DNA of 64,000 nt from an uncultured Gammaproteobacteria bacterium (lineage in GTDB: Bacteria > Patescibacteriota > Patescibacteriia > Magasanikbacterales > GWA2-37-8), in NCBI GenBank assembly GCA_964536615.1, contig CAZHYG010000001.1, forward strand, positions 6,200 to 70,199. The letters are read 5' to 3'. The position numbers and the translations under genes were made by a program. Numbering within the stretch: the first letter of the stretch is position 1; every line of letters begins with the position of its first letter. Shown piece after piece: positions 48,046 to 57,792 of the stretch. Below the pieces are notes generated by a model that saw only the letters and a list, made by a program, of their open reading frames with translations, ran no database searches and was not told the origin of the DNA.

Positions 48046-48133
48046 AAAATGACAGGTTATATTGATATGTTCAATATTTCTTTCTTATGATATAGTATTT
48101 CCGTAAAATAGCAAGTAATCAGACTCTACACGT

Positions 48134-48715
48134 ATGTCAAATGAAATTATATTTGATATCGAAACTATTGGCGATATCACGGATTTAAGCACAATGGAAA
48201 TCACAGTGGTCTCTATATACGAATACGAACATGATAAATACAGTTCGTATGAAAAACACGAGCTGGGCAAATTGTGGCCTATTTTGGAAAAAAGCAGCCG
48301 TTTAATAGGGTACAACAGCGAACACTTTGATTTGCCGATTTTAAACAAATATTATCCGGGCGACTTAACGGTATTTCCGCATCTAGATTTATTAAAAGCC
48401 ATAAAAGATTCTTTGGGGCGGCGCTTAAAACTTAATGATGTGGCCGAAGCTACACTTGATATTACCAAAAGCGCGGATGGTTTGCAGGCTATGAAATGGT
48501 GGAAAGAAGGCAAAGTTGATGAAATTAAAAAATATTGCGAACAAGATGTAAAAGTTACCAAAGAAGTGTACGAATTTGGCAGAAACAACAAACAATTATT
48601 TTACAAATCGCTGGTTGGTGAAGTGGTGCCATTTGCTGTTAATTTTGATTTGCCTGGCAGCAGCGCTCAAGCATCGCAAGCGAAAAAAAATATAAATTTA
48701 ACCTTGCCATTTTAA
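48134..48715 (+). CDS. DEDD-family 3'-5' exonuclease (DnaQ-like)
   Basis: Exo I motif IFDIETIG, Exo II YNSEHFDLPIL, Exo III YCEQDVKVTKEVY. Confidence 0.7.
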   Translation: MSNEIIFDIETIGDITDLSTMEITVVSIYEYEHDKYSSYEKHELGKLWPILEKSSRLIGYNSEHFDLPILNKYYPGDLTVFPHLDLLKAIKDSLGRRLKLNDVAEATLDITKSADGLQAMKWWKEGKVDEIKKYCEQDVKVTKEVYEFGRNNKQLFYKSLVGEVVPFAVNFDLPGSSAQASQAKKNINLTLPF

Positions 48716-48720
48716 ACTAT

Positions 48721-49917
48721 ATGGCTGTTCGTGCTAAAAAAACAGTATATCTTGATCATGCGGCCGCTACCCCAATGGACTCCCGTGTTTTTTTGGCCAT
48801 GAAACCGTTCTTGCAAAACACGTACGGTAATCCTTCTTCACTGCATTCTCAGGGCCAAAATGCTGCCAAAGCGCTTGCAAAACATCGCACGCAAATCGCT
48901 GGTATTCTAGGGGCTAATCCAGATAATATTATTTTTACCGCCAGCGGTACCGAGTCTGATAATTTGGCCATCACGGGCTCAGCATTGGCGCATGCAAAGC
49001 CCAGACATATTGTTTCGACGGCTATAGAGCATCATGCTGTGCTGCACCCTTTGCAACAACTGGAACAAAAAGGCTGGAAGGTAACATATCTTCGTCCACG
49101 CGCTGCCGATGGATTGTTTTCTGCCGAAGATATTATGCGCGCCGTTACACCGGATACAGTTTTAGTTTCTGTAATGTTTGCCAATAACGAAATCGGCAGT
49201 ATAGCGCCTATAGCGGAACTCGGCCGAAAAATTTTGCAATACAGAAAAACACACAATACTATTTACCCGCTGTTTCACACCGATGCCTGCCAAGCGGCAA
49301 GTTTTTATGATCTCTCCGTAGATAAACTGCATGTTGATCTGCTCACTATCAATGGCAGTAAAATATATGGGCCAAAAGGCACTGGCTTGCTGTATGTACG
49401 TCATAAACACCTGCTTAAAGCTGTCATTTTGGGCGGCGGGCAAGAGTTTGATCTTCGTTCAGGCACAGAAAATAGCGCGGGGATCGCCGGTCTAGCGCAA
49501 GCATTGCAGATTTGCCAAAAACAGTCTGCCAAAGACAGCGCTCGTTTACGATCTCTTACCGAATACTTTTGGAAAAATATTCAAAAAAAGATTTCTGGCG
49601 TTTCTCTTACCGGGCCAGCCATAGGCGAACAGCGCTTGCCAAATAATTTACATGTTCATTTTGCGGGCATTGAAGCCGAGGCGCTTTTGTTATATCTCGA
49701 CGCGCGCGGAATAATGGCTTCAATCGGCTCCGCATGCTCCAGCAAAACTATGCAAGCGTCGCATGTGCTGGCTGCGCTTGGAAAAAATTACGAAGAAGCA
49801 AAAGGCAGTATCAGATTTTCTTTAGGCCGAAACAATACAAAATCAAATATAGATTATGTTATGAAGTATTTGCCGGAGATTGTATCGCAGCTGCGCGCCT
49901 TAAACACATTGCAATAA
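48721..49917 (+). CDS. iscS: Cysteine desulfurase (NifS/IscS family)
   Basis: LDHAAATPMD...SGTESDNLAI...PLP-Lys region SGSKIYGPKG; 398 aa. Confidence 0.9.
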   Translation: MAVRAKKTVYLDHAAATPMDSRVFLAMKPFLQNTYGNPSSLHSQGQNAAKALAKHRTQIAGILGANPDNIIFTASGTESDNLAITGSALAHAKPRHIVSTAIEHHAVLHPLQQLEQKGWKVTYLRPRAADGLFSAEDIMRAVTPDTVLVSVMFANNEIGSIAPIAELGRKILQYRKTHNTIYPLFHTDACQAASFYDLSVDKLHVDLLTINGSKIYGPKGTGLLYVRHKHLLKAVILGGGQEFDLRSGTENSAGIAGLAQALQICQKQSAKDSARLRSLTEYFWKNIQKKISGVSLTGPAIGEQRLPNNLHVHFAGIEAEALLLYLDARGIMASIGSACSSKTMQASHVLAALGKNYEEAKGSIRFSLGRNNTKSNIDYVMKYLPEIVSQLRALNTLQ

Positions 49918-49919
49918 TT

Positions 49920-50234
49920 ATGAAAAAAAGAACTGAAGTCCGCGTCTGCCAAAACTATTCATGCATAGAAAATGGCGCCGAAGCGGTGGTAAAAAAAATC
50001 AAACAAGAAACAGGCTTGGAGCCGGGCGAGCAAAACAAAGAAATTGATTTTGACTACGCCTGCTGTTTAGGTTGTTGTGATTTTGGGCCAAATATGCTGG
50101 TAAATGAAAACCTGGTTTTGGGCGTTACTCCCGAAAACGTAATGGGGGAGATAGAAAAAAATGCCCAGAAAAAAGCAAAAACTGCAGCTGAAAAAAGCAA
50201 AGATCTGGATAATGTCCTTGAAAACATGTTTTAA
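49920..50234 (+). CDS. Thioredoxin-like [2Fe-2S] ferredoxin (NuoE-like)
   Basis: VRVCQNYSC...ACCLGCCDFGPNMLV Cys pattern. Start trimmed to the ATG overlapping the iscS stop. Confidence 0.6.
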   Translation: MKKRTEVRVCQNYSCIENGAEAVVKKIKQETGLEPGEQNKEIDFDYACCLGCCDFGPNMLVNENLVLGVTPENVMGEIEKNAQKKAKTAAEKSKDLDNVLENMF

Positions 50235-50235
50235 T

Positions 50236-50658
50236 ATGCGTTTTTCTTTTAAAGATCTCTTTCATATCTGCGTCCCGCCTTTTATGGTGTTTCTAGTCGC
50301 AGATTCTCTTAATAATTTTTACGAACCCTACAGCACAGTGTGGTGGTGGAATGTTTTGTTTCATTTTCTGGGCGGGTTTAGCATGGCAATCAGCGGTTTG
50401 TATATACTTAGTTTTTTTAAACGCATCGGCACCATGAGCACAACCAGCGCAGTAGTAGATGCTGTTCTGGTAATTTTGTTTACCATGTCCATGGCCGTAT
50501 GCTGGGAATTTTATGAATTTTTATCGGATACTTTTTTATATACCCATGCTCAAGCCAGTAATTTTGACACTATGAAGGATCTGTTTATGGGCACTTTGGG
50601 CGCTACGGTTTTTTCTGTTTCAAATTTAGTCTGGACTCGCGCTGGGTTCAAAAAATAA
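50236..50658 (+). CDS. Hypothetical small membrane protein (VanZ-like?)
   Basis: 4 predicted TM helices. Start trimmed to the ATG after the ferredoxin stop. Confidence 0.4.
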   Translation: MRFSFKDLFHICVPPFMVFLVADSLNNFYEPYSTVWWWNVLFHFLGGFSMAISGLYILSFFKRIGTMSTTSAVVDAVLVILFTMSMAVCWEFYEFLSDTFLYTHAQASNFDTMKDLFMGTLGATVFSVSNLVWTRAGFKK

Positions 50659-50703
50659 TAATCTTTGCTTTTTTGGCTAGTTTTTGCTAGTATTACCTGT
50701 ATT

Positions 50704-51375
50704 ATGACAGGTACGCTATACATAGTAGCCACGCCGATTGGTAATTTAGGCGATATAACTTTGCGCGCTTTAGAAACACTTAAAAGCGTAGATATTGTGT
50801 TATGCGAAGATACTCGTGTAACCAAAAATCTGCTAGAGCACTTTCAGATTAGCAAAACACTTTCTAGCTACCACCAGCACTCAGACATGAAAAAAATAAA
50901 AGAAATTGTGTCTATGTTGGAAGAGGGAAAAAATATGGCTCTGGTTACCGATGCTGGCACGCCTGGAATCAGCGACCCGGGCGGCGTGCTTATTGCCCAA
51001 ATTGTAAAGTTTGCCCCACAAATCGCGGTTATATCAATTCCTGGACCATCGGCAATTGTAGCAGCTTTGTCTATCTCAGGTTTTCCTACGGACAAGTTTG
51101 TTTTTATGGGTTTTCCTCCGCACAAAAACAAGCGACAAAAATTTTTTAAAGAAGCTGCTGCTACTGAGCATACGGTGGTATTTTATGAATCCGGACATAG
51201 AATAAAAAAATGTTTGCAAGAATTAAAAGAAGTTCTTGATCCAAAAAGACAGCTTATGGTATGTAGAGAAATTACCAAAAAATTTGAAACGGTTTATAGA
51301 GGCACGATTGATCAGGTAGTAGAAAGCATGCAAGATGAGCGAGGGGAGTTTGTGGTTGTGATTAATTCTAAGTAA
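50704..51375 (+). CDS. rsmI: 16S rRNA (cytidine1402-2'-O)-methyltransferase RsmI
   Basis: TLYIVATPIGNLGDITLRALETLKSVDIVLCEDTR is the classical RsmI N-terminus (tetrapyrrole-methylase fold). Confidence 0.85.
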   Translation: MTGTLYIVATPIGNLGDITLRALETLKSVDIVLCEDTRVTKNLLEHFQISKTLSSYHQHSDMKKIKEIVSMLEEGKNMALVTDAGTPGISDPGGVLIAQIVKFAPQIAVISIPGPSAIVAALSISGFPTDKFVFMGFPPHKNKRQKFFKEAAATEHTVVFYESGHRIKKCLQELKEVLDPKRQLMVCREITKKFETVYRGTIDQVVESMQDERGEFVVVINSK

Positions 51376-51381
51376 AAATAC

Positions 51382-51813
51382 ATGAATAAAGAACACGAAA
51401 AATTTACCGTCAGTCAGTGGGGTGCATTAATCCGTGATAAAAAATGCTTAATTATTCGTGCTCCTGGTAATGATTACTGGGAATTGCCTGGAGGTAGGAT
51501 AGAGGTGGAAGAGTTAGACAGCTCAACCGCCGAAGAGGCGTTTCGCCGAGAAATCAAAGAAGAATTAGGCCTGGATGATTTTGAGATTATGCGCCCGCTT
51601 GGATCTATGATTGGCTATACGTTAAAAAACCATACTCCAACCTGCCGCATAATTTATGAAATTAAAAATAATACTGCGGACATTAAATTAAGTAGTGAAC
51701 ACGAAGAATCTTATTGGGTTAGTCTGGAAGAGCTGGAGAATTTTATATATAGTCCACTGAAAAATTCGGTTGAGTTAAAAGATATCATAAAAAACGCACT
51801 TGCTGAAAATTAA
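51382..51813 (+). CDS. NUDIX hydrolase
   Basis: Nudix box GGRIEVEELDSSTAEEAFRREIKEELGL. Confidence 0.75.
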   Translation: MNKEHEKFTVSQWGALIRDKKCLIIRAPGNDYWELPGGRIEVEELDSSTAEEAFRREIKEELGLDDFEIMRPLGSMIGYTLKNHTPTCRIIYEIKNNTADIKLSSEHEESYWVSLEELENFIYSPLKNSVELKDIIKNALAEN

Positions 51814-51839
51814 AATAAGTTTTATTTCACTCACTTTGT

Positions 51840-53369
51840 ATGAAAAATAAATATTATCTCACCACTGCCATTCCATACGCCAATGCCAAGCCGCATATTG
51901 GCCATGCCTTAGAATTTTTGTATACCGATGTGATGGCCCGCTACCAGCGCCTGCTGGGCAAGGATGTGTATTTTCTTACTGGCACCGATGAGCATGGCCA
52001 GAAAATGCTTAAAACTGCCAAAGAAGACGGTAAAACCGTAGAAGAATTTGCCGCAGAAAAATCCGCGCAGTTTTTGCGCTTAGCCGATGAGTGGAATATT
52101 TCCAATAATGATTTTATTCGTACGACCGAAAATCGCCACATGCAATCTGCACAAGAGCTCTGGAAAAAATCTCTGGCCAATGGTGATATCTATAAAAAAA
52201 CCTATACCGGCTTATACTGCGTTGGCTGTGAATCGTTTAAGGTAGAAAAAGATTTGGTAGATGGCAAATGCCCAGACCATAACCGCGTGCCGGAAACTTT
52301 GTCCGAAGAAAATTATTTTTTTAAACTTTCTAAGTACCAAAAACAAATAGAGGGTTTATTTGAACAAAATCCAAATTTTGTCTATCCGGAACATCGTTAT
52401 AAAGAAATGAAAAATATTCTTAAAAATGGCTTGGAAGACGTGAGCATCTCAAGAGTAAAAGAAAAACTGCCATGGGGCGTGCCGGTGCCAGATGACGAAA
52501 ATCAGGTGATGTATGTTTGGTTTGACGCGCTTACCAATTATATCTCCGCGCTGGGGTGGGGAAGGCAAGACAACGAGCTGCTTAACAAATTTTGGCCGGC
52601 CGATGCTCATGTAATTGGAAAAGAAATTAATCGGTTCCATTCGCTCTTATGGCCAGCGATGCTTTTGTCTGCAGGTGTGGAAGTGCCAAAACAAATTGCG
52701 GTGCATGGCTGGATAACCGTAGATGGTCAGAAAATGAGCAAAAGCGTAGGTAATGTAATTGACCCTCTGGAACTAGTGCAAAAATATCCTTTGGAAGCCG
52801 TGCGATATTTTTTGATGCGTGAAATATTGTTTGATAATGATGGTGATTTTTCGTATGCCAAATTTAATGAACGTTACCAGGCAGATTTAGCAAATGGTTT
52901 GGGCAACCTTACCAATCGCGTACTTGTTATGATTGAAAAATATTGCGACAGCACAATTCCGGAAACATCCAAAGTAGACAACGAAATTATTGAACAGGTA
53001 TCTAAAATTTATGCGGAATACCAGCAGGGCATGGAAGCTTGGCGGTTTGACCGAGCCTTGGAATCAGTTTGGAAATTTATTACATATTGCGATCAAATGA
53101 TTTCAGACAGGCAGCCATGGGCAATGATAAAAGCAGGCAAAGAAGACGAAGTAAAAGATTTGTTGCATCATTTGGCAGAAGGGCTTCGTCATATTGCTGT
53201 AATGATTTTGCCTATCATGCCTGAAACAGCCGAAAAAATCATGACACAGCTAGGTTTGGATTTTGCCGCTGAATGCGCTAAGCCTTTATCTGAATTGCAA
53301 AATTGGGTACAATTAGTGGTAGGAAATACTATTAAAAAACCCGAACAGCTCTTCCCGCGTTTGGGATAA
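51840..53369 (+). CDS. metG: Methionyl-tRNA synthetase
   Basis: HIGH (PHIGHA), KMSKS (QKMSKSVGN), and a Zn knuckle CVGC...C. Confidence 0.95.
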   Translation: MKNKYYLTTAIPYANAKPHIGHALEFLYTDVMARYQRLLGKDVYFLTGTDEHGQKMLKTAKEDGKTVEEFAAEKSAQFLRLADEWNISNNDFIRTTENRHMQSAQELWKKSLANGDIYKKTYTGLYCVGCESFKVEKDLVDGKCPDHNRVPETLSEENYFFKLSKYQKQIEGLFEQNPNFVYPEHRYKEMKNILKNGLEDVSISRVKEKLPWGVPVPDDENQVMYVWFDALTNYISALGWGRQDNELLNKFWPADAHVIGKEINRFHSLLWPAMLLSAGVEVPKQIAVHGWITVDGQKMSKSVGNVIDPLELVQKYPLEAVRYFLMREILFDNDGDFSYAKFNERYQADLANGLGNLTNRVLVMIEKYCDSTIPETSKVDNEIIEQVSKIYAEYQQGMEAWRFDRALESVWKFITYCDQMISDRQPWAMIKAGKEDEVKDLLHHLAEGLRHIAVMILPIMPETAEKIMTQLGLDFAAECAKPLSELQNWVQLVVGNTIKKPEQLFPRLG

Positions 53370-53378
53370 AATATTTTT

Positions 53379-53903
53379 ATGTCATTATTTGACATTATTC
53401 TGCTTCTTATCATTGCCGGATTTGCTTTGTTTGGTTTGTGGTTTGGCTTAGTGCGTACAGTTGGTTCGCTGATCGGCACTGCGGTTGGCGTATATGTAGC
53501 CAGTCGATACTACGAACAGCTGGCTAATTGGATTATCAATCTTACCGGTTGGAACCAAAATTATGTTAAAGTCATAATATTCATTGTTTCGTTTCTTCTC
53601 ATTACTCGCATAGTTGGTTTAATTTTCTGGCTCATAGAAAAAGTATTATCAATTTTTACTCGATTGCCTTTTTTGCACAGCATAGATCGAATACTCGGCT
53701 TTGTTTTAGGGGCGCTTGAAGGCGCGCTCATGGTCGGTGTATCATTATTTTTCATCGCTCGTTTTCCTATTGGTTTGCCGTTTATGGAGGGTTTGGCACA
53801 GTCACAGGTGGCGCCGCCGCTCGTTCGTTTAGCCTCTATTCTTATTCCTTTGTTTCCCGAAGCGTTGCGCATACTGCGCAGCACCGTAGACAGTATTTTG
53901 TAA
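53379..53903 (+). CDS. CvpA-family membrane protein
   Basis: MSLFDIILLLIIAGFALFGLWFGLVRTVGSLIG... is a typical CvpA start; 4 TM helices. Confidence 0.55.
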   Translation: MSLFDIILLLIIAGFALFGLWFGLVRTVGSLIGTAVGVYVASRYYEQLANWIINLTGWNQNYVKVIIFIVSFLLITRIVGLIFWLIEKVLSIFTRLPFLHSIDRILGFVLGALEGALMVGVSLFFIARFPIGLPFMEGLAQSQVAPPLVRLASILIPLFPEALRILRSTVDSIL

Positions 53904-53906
53904 TCT

Positions 53907-54761
53907 ATGTTTGACACTCATTGCCACGTTCAATTTAACGGATTTAAAAACGATGCTTTGGAAGTTGTAAAAAAATGCGGAGAAAAAAAGATGGTTTTAA
54001 ATTTAGTTGGTACGCAAAAAGATACCAGCCGCGCCGGAGTAGAGATGGCCGAAAAATTTCCATTTACATATGCTAGCATTGGTTTACATCCGGTCCATTT
54101 ATTTTCTACCCATATAGACGAAGAAGAGAGCAGTTTTTTGTCGCGTGAAGAAGATTTTGATTACGATTATTATAAACAGCTAGGGCAGAGCAAAAAAGTT
54201 ATTGCTGTAGGGGAGTGCGGTTTGGATTTGTACCGTATGCCCGAAGGCAGGACGCGTGAAGAAGTTTTGGAAAAACAAAAGAAAACATTTGCTTTGCAGT
54301 TTAAACTCGCTCAGGAGCTTGGAGTGGCGCTGGTAATTCATGTTCGGGAAGCGCATGCGGAAATGATAGAACTGCTTAAAAGTTTAATGCAAGAATATAA
54401 CATGCTATCAGTGCGCGGAACGGTGCATTGCTATACCGGAGATTGGAAATTTGCTGAACAATACTTAAGCTTAGGGTTGCATATTGGTTTTACCGGTGTA
54501 ATAACATTTCCTCCTAAAAAATCAGATCCTCAGACTCAGACTGATCTACTAGAAGCGGTAAAAAATATTCCGCTAGAAAAAATTGTGGTGGAAACCGACG
54601 CTCCGTATTTGGCGCCAATTCCTTTTAGAGGCAGGCGCTGCGAGCCGCTAATGGTAGAACATACCATCAGAAAAATTGCCGAATTAAAACACGTGTCTTT
54701 TGAAGATGCTGAGCGTGCAACTACGGACAATGCGCTTAAGCTGTTTAATATTACTCTATAA
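53907..54761 (+). CDS. tatD: TatD-family metal-dependent hydrolase
   Basis: MFDTHCHV... plus conserved His/Glu/Asp positions (HVRE, HCYTG, ETDAPY). Confidence 0.85.
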   Translation: MFDTHCHVQFNGFKNDALEVVKKCGEKKMVLNLVGTQKDTSRAGVEMAEKFPFTYASIGLHPVHLFSTHIDEEESSFLSREEDFDYDYYKQLGQSKKVIAVGECGLDLYRMPEGRTREEVLEKQKKTFALQFKLAQELGVALVIHVREAHAEMIELLKSLMQEYNMLSVRGTVHCYTGDWKFAEQYLSLGLHIGFTGVITFPPKKSDPQTQTDLLEAVKNIPLEKIVVETDAPYLAPIPFRGRRCEPLMVEHTIRKIAELKHVSFEDAERATTDNALKLFNITL

Positions 54762-54772
54762 AAATGCGAATG

Positions 54773-54800
54773 CCCTGCCTCGAGAATCGAGAGCAGGGCG
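54773..54800. terminator. Bidirectional hairpin terminator (GCCCTGC-ctcgagaatcgaga-GCAGGGC)
   Basis: Serves tatD (+) and the convergent small minus-strand gene; an A/T-run lies on the minus-strand side. Confidence 0.55.
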
Positions 54801-54826
54801 AGGGACGACAGGTGGGGCGGTAGGGC

Positions 54827-54982
54827 CTAGTCCAGGTAGGTGCGCGGAGTGTCACCTTTCTTGTTGCGGATTGCTCCGTAAAAGAATAGAACCCCCACTA
54901 CCGCGCAGAACGTAGCTACCTGCGCACCGTCGAGCAGGAACTGCACTGCTCGGTGCCTCAAATTGTCTATGGTCGTCGCCAT
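54827..54982 (-). CDS. Small hydrophobic peptide (51 aa, one TM helix); type-I-toxin-like or holin-like candidate, absent from the ORF track
   Basis: Strong SD AAGGAGGA 3 nt before the ATG. MATTIDNLRHRAVQFLLDGAQVATFCAVVGVLFFYGAIRNKKGDTPRTYLD. Hairpin terminator downstream. GC-elevated segment. Confidence 0.4.
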   Translation of the reverse strand: MATTIDNLRHRAVQFLLDGAQVATFCAVVGVLFFYGAIRNKKGDTPRTYLD

Positions 54983-55274
54983 GGATCCTCCTTGTGTTTC
55001 TACCGTAGCACAACCAAGATAGAGAAGTAAATAGCCATAAAATCGCTTAAAAGCAAAAAACCCGCACCAATCTTTCTGGCTGTATGGTACAGCACTAGAT
55101 TGATGCGGTCGGAGCAGCCTTGGAAAAGCTGGTCCACTTTGTCATGCCGGGTTCTTCTACCTTCCCTTGATGAGGCAGAGGAAGAAGAGCGCCCAGTCTT
55201 TCATGGTATTTGGCCACATGAGCATGTATCCCATATATCATATTTTACCAAAAAAGTCAATACCTAAACCAAAC

Positions 55275-55304
55275 AAAAAACCACGCCTTTAAGCGTAGTT
55301 TTTT
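55275..55304. terminator. Bidirectional rho-independent terminator
   Basis: aaaaaCCACGCctttaaGCGTAGtttttt. Confidence 0.55.
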
Positions 55305-55408
55305 GTTATGTTTGTTCTTTAACGAAGTTCGCCGTCATCGCTTTGTAGACAATATAATTATCTATAAAGCGACTCGTGACGGCGAACATGTTAATTGGTC
55401 TGAAGCAT

Positions 55409-55711
55409 TCAGCCGATGACTGGCTGATCGCCCGCAGGAACCCGCCGGCCATTGACCTCCCGGGCCACCACCACCGTTCCCACATCCACCACCGTTGTCT
55501 CCCCCCAGTCATCACCCCAGAGATCGTCGATCGGAGGCTCCTCCGCCTCCATTTCGATCACCACCATTGCCGGAGGCGAAGGGGGAGAGTGCAGAGGGGT
55601 AGGCTTCTTTTCCGCAGAGAAAGTGACAAAATCGCCACTTCTCGCACGCGGCATCTCATCGTCGAGAGCCGCATCAACAAACCAGTCCAGTTCTAGATCG
55701 ATGTCTTCCAT
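55409..55711 (-). CDS. Hypothetical acidic protein (100 aa; DDLWGDDWGE-type acidic/Pro-rich sequence)
   Basis: GAGGAG upstream. Preceded on the minus strand by a consensus promoter and a leader with alternative hairpins. GC-elevated. Confidence 0.4.
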   Translation of the reverse strand: MEDIDLELDWFVDAALDDEMPRARSGDFVTFSAEKKPTPLHSPPSPPAMVVIEMEAEEPPIDDLWGDDWGETTVVDVGTVVVAREVNGRRVPAGDQPVIG

Positions 55712-55851
55712 CTTTATCTTTTCTCCTCAAACTGAAGATGCGTGCATCCCCTTGGGTGCGCGCGGGATCGGGTTAAAGTAACCTAAGGGGAGAAAAAGCG
55801 TTAAATTACCGCTCTTTTTCCCCTTGACTACTCATTGTTAAAGAACAACTC

Positions 55852-55880
55852 AATATATAGCTATTTTGCTATTTTGTCAA
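55852..55880 (-). promoter_or_regulatory. Near-consensus promoter TTGACA-N17-TATATT on the minus strand
   Basis: The reverse complement reads cTTGACAaaatagcaaaatagctaTATATTg, directed toward the gene at 55409..55711. Confidence 0.5.
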
Positions 55881-55952
55881 TAGATATATACCCATAATAG
55901 GTTTAAAAGTTACATTTTTGGCTAAAATAAGCAATTTTAGCTCTGTTTAAAC

Positions 55953-55984
55953 AAAAAAAGCCTTGACTTTCAAAGCTTTTTTTG
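55953..55984. terminator. Bidirectional rho-independent terminator
   Basis: aaaaaaAGCCTTGActtTCAAAGCTttttttg, located downstream of the minus gene 56029..56427. Confidence 0.55.
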
Positions 55985-56028
55985 TCTTGTGGGTGCCCGT
56001 GAACCCTTGTTCACCGAAGCACCCAACC

Positions 56029-56427
56029 CTATTTGCCACCAAGCACCTGGCGCAAGCATGCAGTCCTGATCCGACTAGCATCAGGCAGACCTTCACCTCG
56101 CAAGATTTGCCAAATGCCCATTGAACCACCTTCCAAAAGCGTAGTCAGGCTAAAGATCTTGCCCTTTTTAGGGCCTTCCAAGATCTTACACCCGATCCTA
56201 GCCTCTCCAGGGGGTTGTGGAATGCCAGCAGATTCTGAGCTCAAGAACTCAATTTCAATCAGACAACTCCATTCGGGAGGGGTAATTTCCCCAATCAGGA
56301 TTTGCGCTGCACCACCTTCTTGAGCGGAGCGAACACTGGCCTCCAAACCGTAACCACGAAAAGTCTTCAGAATTTTTTCCAGCATACTCCCTCGCATTGT
56401 TGCGGGTTTTTGGTAGGGTTTTACCAT
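56029..56427 (-). CDS. Hypothetical protein, possibly GlnB/P-II-like fold
   Basis: C-terminal GEARIGCKILEGPKKGKIFSLTTL weakly resembles the P-II T-/B-loop region (GKIGDGKIFV). Low confidence. Start among several in-frame Met codons. Confidence 0.3.
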   Translation of the reverse strand: MVKPYQKPATMRGSMLEKILKTFRGYGLEASVRSAQEGGAAQILIGEITPPEWSCLIEIEFLSSESAGIPQPPGEARIGCKILEGPKKGKIFSLTTLLEGGSMGIWQILRGEGLPDASRIRTACLRQVLGGK

Positions 56428-56570
56428 TCAAAGCCATCACTGGCCAGAACAGATTATCTTGAAACTAGCAAAAAAACTGCCTCTGGTCAATATATGGGGG
56501 TAGATTTTTCAAAATCCTTGACTTTGTCAAGAAATATATGTAAAATAATCGCGTCATTTGTTTCTTAGGT

Positions 56571-56870
56571 ATGCAAGATTCACAATCACCCAAACCAACA
56601 AGTCGAGACTATCAAATTCTCGGCCTAAAGATAGTAGGGGATTTTGGCGCTTCTATTGCCATACCGGTAGTAGTATTTGTTCTCATCGGTCAATATTTTG
56701 ATAAGAAATATAACACTGGGCCCTGGTTAACAATTTTGGCCTTCATTATCTCGGCTTGCATTTCAGCAAAAATAATACACCAAAAAGCCAAGAGATATGG
56801 AGCGGAATACAAAACACTCAATGACGCAAGCAGAATAAATAAAGATATTTCAGAAAAAAATAATTTTTAG
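56571..56870 (+). CDS. AtpZ/AtpI-like small membrane protein preceding the ATP synthase operon
   Basis: Two TM helices; position immediately upstream of atpB. Confidence 0.5.
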   Translation: MQDSQSPKPTSRDYQILGLKIVGDFGASIAIPVVVFVLIGQYFDKKYNTGPWLTILAFIISACISAKIIHQKAKRYGAEYKTLNDASRINKDISEKNNF

Positions 56871-56885
56871 CAGCATTGCCTTACT

Positions 56886-57674
56886 ATGGAATCACATATC
56901 CCAACCCTTGCTCCGGAAACATTATTTCATATTGGAAAATTGCCTATTACTAACACCATAATCAATACATGGTTGGCGCTCTTGATTTTTTTACTCATCG
57001 GTTTATCTCTACGAAAAAAAATAAAATTAAAACCAGGAAAAACTCAAAACTTCATTGAGTTTTTTTTGGAAAAATTATTTGTTTATTTTGACCAAGTAAC
57101 AGGGGATCGTAAAAAAACCATGCAGTTTTTGCCGATTGTCGGTTCTATCTTTTTCTTCATCCTATTATCCAACTGGCTTGGCCTGCTTCCCGGAACAGGC
57201 AGTATTATTGCCGGAGAAGCTCCTTTGCTTCGCCCAGCCAACACCGATCTGAATTTAACCGTCGCCATGGCCTTAGTATCAGTAATTTCTTCGCATATTT
57301 TTGGATTGTTTAGTGTTGGATTTTTTACTCATATAAATAAATTTATTCAGATCGGCACTTTTGTTAAAAGTTTAACAAAAGGACCTGTGGCTATTTTCAC
57401 CGCAGTCATTGAACTGGCAGTCGGTCTTATTGAAATCGTCAGCGAAATGGCCAAGGTTCTTTCGTTATCACTCAGATTATTCGGAAATATTTTTGCCGGT
57501 GAAGTTCTAATCTCTGTTATTAGCAGTATCGCCGCAGCGTTTGTCCCTGCGCCATTTATGATGTTAGAAATTTTAGTTGGACTTATCCAGGCCAGCGTAT
57601 TCACCATGCTTACGCTCGTATACTTAACAGTTATGACCACCAAACCGCATGGCTCTCACGAAGAAAAACATTAA
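56886..57674 (+). CDS. atpB: F0F1 ATP synthase subunit a
   Basis: Conserved LSLRLFGNIFAGE motif containing the essential Arg; 5-6 TM helices. Confidence 0.9.
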   Translation: MESHIPTLAPETLFHIGKLPITNTIINTWLALLIFLLIGLSLRKKIKLKPGKTQNFIEFFLEKLFVYFDQVTGDRKKTMQFLPIVGSIFFFILLSNWLGLLPGTGSIIAGEAPLLRPANTDLNLTVAMALVSVISSHIFGLFSVGFFTHINKFIQIGTFVKSLTKGPVAIFTAVIELAVGLIEIVSEMAKVLSLSLRLFGNIFAGEVLISVISSIAAAFVPAPFMMLEILVGLIQASVFTMLTLVYLTVMTTKPHGSHEEKH

Positions 57675-57792
57675 TTCCTTTTTTTAGCCTGTTATTTTAT
57701 AACAAGCTGAAATATTAATTAATTTAAGATATTGCCCGCGAGGTAAAATTCCCAACCCCCTCGACCGGCGTCAATATCAGAAAGGCAAACAT

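Noticed and set aside
54975-54990. Overlapping NcoI/BamHI (ccatggatcc) and nearby XhoI sites suggesting a cloning-vector junction
   Set aside because: Six-base palindromes occur by chance at this density, and the flanking sequence has no obvious vector backbone features. It is kept only as a caveat in the relevant finding rather than called an artefact.
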